DNA from: the human T2T-CHM13v2.0 reference genome, Homo sapiens | Length of the DNA: 64,000 nucleotides | Assembly (NCBI RefSeq): GCF_009914755.1 | Contig: NC_060927.1 | Direction: 5' to 3' (one strand) | Shown here: positions 51,251 through 64,000 of the stretch, piece by piece | Position numbering within the stretch: the stretch's first letter is position 1 | How the letters are laid out: each line of letters opens with the position of its first letter | Notes under the pieces: model-generated | The model's input: only the letters and a program-made list of their open reading frames with translations | Database searches by the model: none | What the model was told of the DNA's origin: nothing | Made by a program: the position numbers and the translations under genes

Positions 51251-51459
51251 GTCCAGAAAGTTCCAACACCTTAGTTTGACATTTAAAACTAACTAAAACG
51301 AGTTAAAACCTTCTTTTTCTGTCTTAGCTCCTGTCCTAGGAAAGTTAATTCCAGAAAGTAAAAATAAATAAATAAACTCTCAATTCACCACCTTTCTTTA
51401 CATATAATATTGAACAATATTTTCTCTTAAGAAAAGCCCAAGACGCTTCCTGTTCTTTA

Positions 51460-51723
<264 letters not shown>

Positions 51724-52350
51724 TCAAGTTCATGAAAAAATTACCAGAACACATTTGATCATTCTAAAAAAGTTTTAAAAACATAACAGGCATCATAGAA
51801 CGGAATCTGATCTTACATGTTAATACTGCCATACCTTCTAGAGTAATATATTCAAAGGCAATTAGTTTTCTAAACTCAAATTCTATCCTAGGACTTGAAG
51901 CAATGAATGTCACCAGTGGTCTTCCCTGAGGCACCAGTGGTTCCAGTCAAGTGTCATGAAAAAATTTTACATGAGTTACTCAATTAGTTGGTTACCTGAA
52001 GTTAGCCTACATTCCCAAGAGGATTTATAGCTTTACTTTCTTATTATTCTTGAAATATATTGAGTTAAAAGAATGTTCAAGAATGGCATAAAATGAAAAG
52101 TAGCCTTATGCTAACTATATTTAGTGAGAGTAAAAATTTAACACATATTTGGCTAGTTCAAAAAGCACAATTTTAAAAATGATTTTCATTTTGCTGATAG
52201 AGAAATAATTGTAGGGTTTTAAGGAAAAAGAGTAGAACTACTTATAACTTCTTAGGTCTGCACTGATATTGAAATTCTGAACAGATCTTAGAGCTATTCT
52301 GGACACTATGTTATATAAAAATAAGGAAAATATTCTTTTGGATATGAATA

Positions 52351-52863
52351 CAGTTGTCCCTTGGTATCAATGGAGGATTGGTACCAGCACTTCCCCTCAC
52401 ATACCAAATCCACAGATGCTCAGGTCCCTTACATAAAATCATGTGGTGTTTGCATATAAATTACGCACATCCTCCCATATTCTTTAAATCAAGCTTCTCC
52501 AATCTGTGGCCCATGGGCCTCATGGGGCCCAGGATGGCTTTGCAGCCCAACACAACATTGTAAGACTTCTTATCAATTTTTTTTAGCTCATCAACTATCA
52601 TTAGTGTTAGTATATTTTATTTGTGGCCAAAGACAATTCTTCTTTCAATGTGGGCCAGGGAAGCTAAAAGATTGGATACCCCTGCTTTAAATAATCTCTA
52701 GTTATTTACAATACCTCATGCAATGTAAATACTATATAAATAGTTGTTATACTGTATTGTTTCTTATTTCTATTTTTATTGTTGCATTGTTATTTTCATT
52801 GTTATTTTTCCAAATATTTTTGATCAGTGGTTGAGTGGATCTGTGGATATAGAAGGAAAACTG
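52351..52863. mobile_element. MER2 (Tigger) with nested MER30 (hAT) at 52490-52684
   Basis: TA-CAGTT...AACTG-TA outer ends; inner element flanked by 8-bp TSD CTTTAAAT (52482-52489, 52685-52692). Confidence 0.85.
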
Positions 52864-53207
52864 TACTATATTACCTAATAGAGCTTTTTGGTATTATCTC
52901 CATAACCTGCTCTAATCTTCAACACTATCAAAGAAGCAGAGGGAAAGATTAAAACCTACTGTTTTTCAATTAATCTACATTAGATTTGCTGCTCAACTAA
53001 AACACCAGAGAATTCAGACCATAACACAGTTACTAGAACCTGGCTGGCCAGGTTGGCAGGAGTACCATCTGATCACCATATGAATTATGCAACCTCATCC
53101 TTCCTTGTTAGTTACAGCCCCACTGTATGATGGTTTGTCAATGGAAAGCACTAGGAACACAAATTTCATGCTTTGCTAATGGTATTAATAGTTCCAGCAC
53201 AAGATTA

Positions 53208-53420
<213 letters not shown>

Positions 53421-54258
53421 TCAGCAAGAGATTTTTATCTTGTGAAAGCCAACTTATTGAATGTTCAAAAACTCATCACATATACTGAACAGGATTGCTG
53501 ATTTTAAAAAATATGAAAATATTACAAATATTCAAATGATTTTGAAAATACTTTGCCATCGACTTTTGGCAAAGTTCAAAGATACTGATTAACATAATTC
53601 TGGTTATCATCTCAAATTCAAAGAGAGGATTAAAAAGAGAAAGATGAAAATAAACAAGAATACAATAAAAAAGAAATCATAATAAGAAGGAAGTTAAAAA
53701 CATTTTACAAAAAAAAATTCTAAAAAACATTTCCAACTGTACAGCTTAGACACCAGTTAAAATCTGAAGGAAAAAACCTCAAAGGCAGACTGTTACTAAC
53801 ACACATAAATATAAAAATATTCATAATTTATTAGGACATAAACTCTTTGCAGCAGGAAGTACCTCCTTCTCAACCTCCTAGAGCAACAAAATTAATGTCT
53901 GAATCAATAGCTACTTATGAACATGATGATTTTCTAATCAATTATATTTGTCAGAATATCTACATCCTTGATAACCTTAAGTAAATTGTTATTTGAGCTA
54001 AATCTCTGGCAAAACTGAGCTTACTATTTGTAGCTCTTTGAATCTCACATGGGTGACATTCCCCCTCAAGTGTTCCTTCTTCATGTTTAAAACAAAAATG
54101 AAAAAAGACCTAGAAAGGAATTTGTTTCTAACTTGCCAAGACAATTACAATAGTTTTGAAACACTGTACATTTGAATATGTCAATACTGAAATAATCACT
54201 AAGACTTGTGTTGGGGTATAAAAGAGCATTTTCTCAGCTACTCTTGGCCATTAAGAAT

Positions 54259-54560
<302 letters not shown>

Positions 54561-55455
54561 TTCATTTTTTTCCTTAAAAGTTAGCAATAAAAATTCCAGG
54601 ATGTTGGTCAGATTCCAATGATACTACAATGAAAATTAAGAAGGAACTGTCAGTTACCATATTTTACTCCAAAATGCATCCATTTGTGAGAATATGCTTA
54701 CAGTTCATTACAAATGGGAGAGTGACTACATTTTTCCACTGCATTTTAAAATAGAATATTTTTCTTTTTTCAGTATCAATCACACTTTAACATTTTCTTA
54801 GAATATGTAAACCCTTTCACTCTGTGATTTCAAGCTTTTATTTCCAGAAAACATGTTTCATTTGTTTAATTATAAAACAAATACTTTTTGAATAGTTCAC
54901 AAGGCTATACTGGAAACCACTCAGTGAACTATAAGGCAAGTATTCTAAATGATAGTTGCAAAGAATACATCATTATGTAAAGAAATAACATTGCAGAGAC
55001 TAGTAACTCCAATATCCATTCTCCTCTTCTTTCTTCAGTAACAGAACACTACATTTTAGTTGGACACATGTCTGCCTGGCTGCTGATTACACTATCCAGT
55101 CTTCCCAGTTATAGTTCTGACTAATGGGATTTGAGAAGTGATCTTAGGTTGTACCTTCTGGGAAAGGAACGTGTTCTCCCCTTCCTTCTTTCCCTTGGCT
55201 AAAATGCAGATGTGCTGGTGGGAGCTGGGGTAGATATCTTAGACTAGAGAGTAAAAGTTATGGGTTAGGGTTGGCAGAGTGACAAGGTAGAAGGAACTTC
55301 AGTCCCCAAATTCATACACTTCGTGGAGAAGAGGTGTCTTAGCAGCTGACAGAGAGAACACACGACACTATTTGCAACAGTAGTTAAAGCAATAACCTAA
55401 TATAGATAAGTAAAAGAAATCTAGCAGAATTCAAAGTTGGCTCTACATGTCATTA

Positions 55456-55704
<249 letters not shown>

Positions 55705-56171
55705 TCATCAACTTTAAGGGAAAAATATTTCATTCATAAAACCAATATTCATTTGGTCCTCGATTTCCTCTTTCATAGGGTGAATGTCCTAGTACCTTTA
55801 CCTTACTGTTTTGCAACTGGAAGCCACTGGAATTCCAGCAGGATGCGTGTCTGTGGTGTGGGTCTGTCATGTGCACTGCATGATGTTTAGGAAATTTGTC
55901 TCTCTCCCACTAAATACCAATAATACAACATCCCTAAACATTTCCAAATGCTTTTCCCCATATGGAAACGCTTTCCTTTTTTTCGAAATTACTATTAAAA
56001 TGTTCACTTTCATACGTTTTTCTTTGAAATGATCTCAAGTTTACCACGTCCAACTCAAAAATGTGAAAGTGCTCTACACTAATTCTTACAACTTTCCTGA
56101 ATCCTACATGACTTACTTCTATTTATTCATCGCATTATATATTATATATACTTTTAGAATATACTATTTTA

Positions 56172-56336
<165 letters not shown>

Positions 56337-57387
56337 CTAGAATAATTTACCTTGTTATTTCCTAACAAAAATAGTCTTGCTCCTCAATTTTACATTCTTA
56401 TATATATACATATATATATATATGTTACGTATCTTAGAATTTTAAGTCTACTTATTATTTTACCAATTATCAGGAACTTCATGTTGCCATTTTATTCAAA
56501 ACATGATGGAAAAAAACCGCAACCATGCTTGAACTACCACAAATAAAGACCAACATTAAGCTTTCAATGGAAATTAACTTTTTTTGAAACACTGCATCAG
56601 CTCTTAAACTTCCTTATGCCTTTTCCATCTTTGTGATAGTAAAAATTACATTTTGTAAGGCTTAACTTGAAGGATAAGTAGTTCTAAGAGACTGTGTGCC
56701 TGTTGGCACTATGTCTTATTCATCTCACCATCCCTTGAGCACTTCACAGTGCCTGGTACACTGCAAGTCTCCAGTAAATGTCTGACACAATGAATGAAAT
56801 AAATATGGATAAGTTTTTTCATGCCTCGATATGTGAGAAAGGAACCAGTATGTTTCACAGGGAATCAGGATTGGTGACATGAGTGACTGTGACACTTGCC
56901 AACCCTTATTGCACTCCGCCCTGTTTGGTTTGGCCTTTTCTACCCCCACCTCACAGTTGTTTCCAACGTGCGGTGTCTGTTGGGCAGTGGCTTGGATACA
57001 TTGAATCAGATATTTGAAATGCACTAGTCCATTTTATACATGCAAGTGCATTAAGGTTGCCCCGTAGGAAAACTGATAAGACAACAGATAAACTGCTACA
57101 CGGACTTCTTCCCAGACAACGACAATAATTACACAACAGCTAATGAGGGAGTTTAAAAACAAAAACAACAACAACAACAACAACAAAACCTGACTAGAAG
57201 AATGTCTAGTCTTGAAGACAGGAGGCTTTTTTTCTTTTAGAAAAATCAGTCTGAGGTATTTATTTCACCCCGACTGTAACGACTCCGGGAACTCTTAGGC
57301 TGCCTATAAGTCTCTCCCACAGTAAAGAGTACACAAACGACACAACAACGACCAGAGGGGCCCCAAACTGAGGGCAAAAAGTTTTAG

Positions 57388-57720
<333 letters not shown>

Positions 57721-58158
57721 GCTTTACATACTATTTTATTGAATTATAATGGACCTGCTACATGGAGGGCATGCAATAATTGCTTTTAGCGTAAATTAAT
57801 CAAATGGACTAGGGAAATTTGACTACATCTAGAGAAGGTTTTCAACCATGGTGAGATCAGGAGGCTTCCAGAAATTTTCATGTCAAGACCATTAAAATGC
57901 AAGAGCGATGAAACTTTACAAAGAAACCGACACTTGAGCCCCACTTTGGAGACCCACTTAAAATTTTTATGGTGGGGAGGGGGGTGAAACTCCTAGGAAG
58001 AGTTTGCTGAGTTGCTTCAACAGATGTCACCAGCCTTCTGAGGGGGTGGGCGCGGGGGCGGCAGTGGAGCTGGAGATTGGCATTTGCCTCCTCAGGACAC
58101 TTTCCGGCTAATTTCTTCTAGGTGCCTCAATGAATAAACCAGAAATAGAAAAGCGGGG

Positions 58159-58292
58159 ACCAGGCGCGGTGGCTCACTCCTGTAATCCCAGAACTTTAGG
58201 AGGCCGAGGCGGGAGGATCATTGAGCCCAGGAGTTCCAGGTTGCAGTGAGCCGCGATCGTGCCACCGCAGCGAGACCCTGTCTCCAAAAAAA
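58159..58292 (+). mobile_element. Alu monomer (FLAM-like)
   Basis: ccaggcgcggtggctcac...gagaccctgtctccaaaaaaa. Confidence 0.85.
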
Positions 58293-58315
58293 GAGACAGA
58301 AAAAGGGGAGGGTTA

Positions 58316-58879
<564 letters not shown>

Positions 58880-58907
58880 CTAGTGAGTACCAGCAGGACT
58901 GGGCAGC

Positions 58908-59400
58908 GGAACGGAACGGGACGGGGCGGGGCAGAGGAACGGAACGGGACGGGGCGGGGCAGAGGAACGGAACGGGACGGGGCGGGCCAGCGGGATGGAG
59001 CGGGGCCGGAGAGCAGGACTGGGCGGAGCAGCGGGACGGGGCGGAGCAGCGGAACGGGGCGAGGCGGGGGAGCGGGATGGGGCGGGGAAACAGGAGGGGC
59101 GGGGCAGCAGAACTGGGCGGGGCGGGGGTGCAGGACGGGGCGGGGGAGCAGGACGGGGCGGGGCAGCGGAACGGGGCGGGGCGGGGCCGGAGAGCCGGAC
59201 GAGGCGAGGCAGCGGAACGGGGCGGGGAGGGAGAGCGGAAGGGGGTGGGGCAACTGGAGGGGCGGGGCAGCGGAACGGGACGGGGCAGCGGAACTGGCGG
59301 GATGGGCGAGGGGGACGGGGCGGGGCAGCAGGGCTAGGCGGGACAACAAGAGGGGCCGGGCAAGTGGGGCGGGGCATGTGGGCGGGGCAGGGCAAACGGG
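58908..59400 (+). repeat. G-rich tandem repeat: three 28-bp units (58908-58990) followed by a degenerate GGNNC-periodic array
   Basis: GGAACGGAACGGGACGGGGCGGGGCAGA at 58908 and 58936, near-perfect third copy at 58964. Confidence 0.9.
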
Positions 59401-60548
59401 GGTGGGTCGAGAAAGCACACAGGGCCAGGCGGGCTAGCAAGAAGGGCGGGGCTAGCAGGAAGGATGGGGGGAGTGGCGACTGTGCAGGACCAGCAGTGGA
59501 CCGGACGCTGGTGGAGGGGTGCTCCGAACGCTGGTGGAGTGGTGCTCCGACATAGGGCTTCTCTCCGTTGTCTCCGCCCGGCTCGAGGCTCCCTGGCGGG
59601 CGTGCCTCACAGGGAGCACAGGCCTGGGTCCCAGCTGCTCTACAAAGGCTGCAGCTATTTCTTTCGCTGCCGCCGTGCCTGACCGGAAACTCCTTTCTGG
59701 AAGCAGTTGGGAAATCTGAAAAATTTATGGAGTGCCTGCTATGTGCTTCCCGCGATATCTCTCTCTCAGTATGCATGTAGATAGAATGACCAGCAAGGAA
59801 TAATGCCAGCAAAGAAAGAGCTTTTAGATTTTACAGTCTGAAACCACCAGGGACAATCCTTAGACAAGGTTAAGTTTTTTAACTCATTGCGGCATGGGAC
59901 ATTGGAGACCGCACACCAGTCTCTCCTTCATTCCCTCCATCAAAGTGGCTAGTCATCTCTTCTCTTACCCTTTAGATTTTCTTCAGGAAGTAGTCATACT
60001 AGGCCTTTGCATTCTTCAAAATCCAGAGTGTATATACTAATTTCTTCAGGTGGTCTCCTGAGATAAAGGGAAATATTTCCACCATCACAGTACCTTAAGA
60101 ACTTTCTACCTTTTCAAATCCGTTCTGATTTCTAACTTCAAATTTTTGAATTCTCCATGTGGATCAGGGGTTTAAGGATCATCCACTAGGTTTCTGACTA
60201 AACCCTTTGAACATTTTTGCATCTTAGTACCTCCTTTGGAATGGGCCTCAGCTGAACACTTCCATAACTATGCTTGAGTAAGAAGATAAAATAGCCATCA
60301 CCCATTCTCTCCAACAAATAACCAAACTCACTATGCTAACTTCCTACAGCTTGGGGAGTACATTCAGATTCTACAGTCTGGAACTGAGTGCTCTGAAGCA
60401 TGCATCTCTCCTTTCCCCACGTCATTTCTATCCAGTGACATGCCTCTAATCCACATTTCTCCACCCTACTTGCGTACTGATCTTAGATTACTATTGGTCA
60501 ATGCCAAAGTGACCAAATTTCTTAATCCTAAAAAATGACATTATTTCT

Positions 60549-60756
60549 TCCTGGCTAACACGGTGAAACCCCGTCTCTACTAAAAATACAAAAAAATTAG
60601 CCAGGCGTGGTGGCAGGCGCCTGTAGTCCCAGCTACTCGGGAGGCTGAGGCAGCAGAATGGCGTGAACCTGGGAGGCGAAGCTTGCAGCCGAGATGGCGC
60701 CACTGCACTCCAGCCTGGGCGACAGAGCGAGACTACGTCTTTAAAAAAAAAAAAAA
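60549..60756 (+). mobile_element. 5'-truncated AluY-like element with TSD
   Basis: GACATTATTTCT at 60537-60548 and 60757-60768. Confidence 0.92.
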
Positions 60757-60944
60757 GACATTATTTCTAACCTCATAACCTGTTTTTCTTCATGCTGAAT
60801 TTAACCCACGTACTTCAGTCTGCATTTTGAAAGAATAACTTTTAATACAGAAATATAGTGAGAATAAAATATTTGGCAGGTGGCTTATAACTTACTAAAG
60901 ATGGCCACATTTTTTTTTAATAGTCCTCCCATAGAAAAGACAGC

Positions 60945-61123
60945 TAAGACAGCTACACAATTTGTGGGACCCAGTGAAAAATGAATATGTAATGCCCCTT
61001 ATTCAAAAATTATAAATATTTTCAAGATGGCTACAGCAGAGCATTAAGCCAAGTATGGGGCCCTTTTGAGTTTTGGGCCCTGCGTTACTGCACATGGGGT
61101 TGCATGGCCATGAAGCAAGCCTG
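60945..61123. mobile_element. MER45A-like hAT-Tip100 MITE
   Basis: tttcaagatggctacagcagagcattaagccaag...gggccc...catgaagcaagcctg. Confidence 0.7.
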
Positions 61124-61124
61124 T

Positions 61125-61942
<818 letters not shown>

Positions 61943-61999
61943 TGCCATTTTTTTTTAAATGGGATTGGTAGAATAAATATCATTTGGGTAGAGTAGTGT

Positions 62000-62520
62000 G
62001 TATTTGGTCTTCAGACTATGAATCTCACAATCACTTGGGACATTTGGTAAAAATTTGGGGACCTTGACAATTTTGCATGTTTAGTTACTTCCCAGGTGAT
62101 GCTTATGTACTTTAGGATCTCAGAACACTGAGACTGCATAAAAATTGTGGCTAGGGATGATCTAATTCCTCGCTACTCAAAGCATGGTCCTCAGGCAGTA
62201 GCATCAACATCACCCTGAAGCTTGTTAATCAGATTCTCACATGCTATCACTGACCTCCTGAATCACAATTTGCAGATTAAAAAGATCTCCCAGGTGATGT
62301 GAATATAGATTAAAATTTGAGAAGCACTACTGTAGAAAAATGGTTCTTAACCTTGGCTGCACATTACCATCACCTGGAGAACTTAAAAAAATAAAGACTG
62401 CTGCCTGGGCCTCACCCTAGACCAATTAGATCAGAATTTCCAGGAGTTGAGGTCTGAACATCATTAATTTTTTAAAGCTCCCCAGCGGATTTTAATCAGT
62501 AGTCAAGGTTAAAAACCAAT
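62000..62520. mobile_element. Tandem cluster of MER5A/MER5B-like MITEs
   Basis: Repeated cccaggtgat / ttgagaagcact / ggttcttaaccttggctgcacatta motifs. Confidence 0.65.
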
Positions 62521-63192
62521 GGTTTCACCTCGGCCATCTCATTATTGCCAACATGTGTGTGATCCCCATTGGTAACCATCTCAGTATCTGTTTACATGTA
62601 TACAGATTCCTCTGTGACCTTTCTTCGCAGTTCATCATAGTGAAGGCAAATGTAATTTTGACTATATCGATAGTATTGTGCTTCAACTTTAGAGATAGAC
62701 ATGGCATCACAAATGGTCATAATGTCCTGATAAAATTTATCACTTTGGAATAAATGACCTGTATAATTGGAAATGCTTCATTGAGTAACAGTCTTTGAAG
62801 ACAAAGGAACTCTGCAAAAGGAAGGAATTCTAGCTCTCACCAAAATTGCCAACCTTCTCCCAGGCTGTTTAGTCCTGCTCAGTTCTACCAAGTGAACTCT
62901 GACTTCTAAAGTCTCCTACTACAAAGTCTGTAAGTATGACCCTAATTTTAGGAACTAATTAACAATAGGGGAAAACTGTGATCAAGCAGCTGTGATTTAA
63001 CATTTCTACCATTAGGGGTCAGTGTAACTCAGGAAAAAAATAATTTGGCTGTATGTATTAAAAAGGATCACCTTGTGAAGACGACAGTCTGGGTGTTGCC
63101 TTCATTAACAGTCATCTACACTGCCTTACTTAGTTCCCATCACAAGTAATAACATGACTCTGGAAATTATTATGAAACAGACAAGAGTAGGA

Positions 63193-63530
63193 TCAGCAAG
63201 CTTTTTCTATAAAGGACCAAATAGTAAATATTTCAGTCTTTAGTCTCTGTCACATTACTCAATTCTACCATTATAGCACAAAAGCAGCCCCACACCATAC
63301 ACAAACAAATGGCGTGTCTGCATTCCAGTAAAACTTTATTTTAAAAAACTGGTGACTGGTTGAATTTAGCTCACAGGTTTGCTGACCCCTGAACTGGAGG
63401 AGTGGTTCTCAAACCTGGATAATTACCTGGGGAGCTTGTTAAAAATGTAGAGCCATGGACCCCACATCAAGTCCACCGAATCCAAATGTTTTTAAGTAGA
63501 GCTCACATATCTGAATTTTTTAAAGTTATC
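63193..63530. mobile_element. MER58A-like MITE followed by a MER5-like fragment
   Basis: tcagcaagctttttctataaagg...tttgctgacccctg; agtggttctcaaac. Confidence 0.65.
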
Positions 63531-64000
63531 TTTTGATTTAGAAGCAAATACTAATTTAGGAAACATTAGGACAAAATAAAGTTAACTTTACCTCTTAGGA
63601 AACCGTAAAGTCCACCTTGTTACAATGTTTTTAGTATCTGAATAACTATCCATGGTATAAAAGATATAAATGTGAAGCTTAGGCTTAGATAATCTCTATA
63701 ACTACTCTGAAAGTACATCAATGAAAGGCTCATTCCTCTGTAAATGTTTGTATTAAGGCCCTAGTGTTCAGATTATTTTGGCCAGAGAACAACCCAGCCT
63801 GTCCTAACAGACAGAGGGGCATACTGAATTAAATTGAACAAGGAAGGAGAAGACATTGATGAAAACAGTAAAGGAGAAGGAAAAGCGATAAGAGAAATGC
63901 TGGAGTGCTGTGTAGTATCTCCTAAAAAATGTCCCAAATGTTCAATAAGTTTACAAATTCTGAAAAACTTGCTGTGACCAATTTTTTTTTTCATGAATTG

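Overview
Human-like (primate) genomic DNA, recognisable as the UBA5/NPHP3 locus (chr3q22.1 from recall). The + strand carries UBA5 (UFM1-activating E1) exons 2-12, 2316-13016; exon 1 lies upstream of the window. The - strand carries the whole NPHP3 (nephrocystin-3) coding region: 27 exons, ATG 58858 to stop 18400, summing to 3993 nt = 1330 aa + stop, all introns GT-AG. The genes are tail-to-tail. The NPHP3 5' end lies in a CpG island with a G-rich tandem repeat, probably a bidirectional promoter shared with the lncRNA NPHP3-AS1. The rest is intronic/intergenic DNA with about 30 Alus plus L1, L2, MIR, LTR and DNA-transposon relics. Most ORFs in the track are Alu or GC-rich artefacts. I found no convincing new gene system. 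The least explained structure is a ~350-430 bp non-Alu inverted repeat in NPHP3 intron 6. Other leads are a 28-bp tandem repeat at the NPHP3 start, a splice donor overlapping the NPHP3 stop codon, candidate short intronic-polyA isoforms, and closely spaced inverted Alus downstream of the UBA5 stop. Repeat family names are by eye from recalled consensus sequences, and repeat boundaries are approximate unless TSDs are given.
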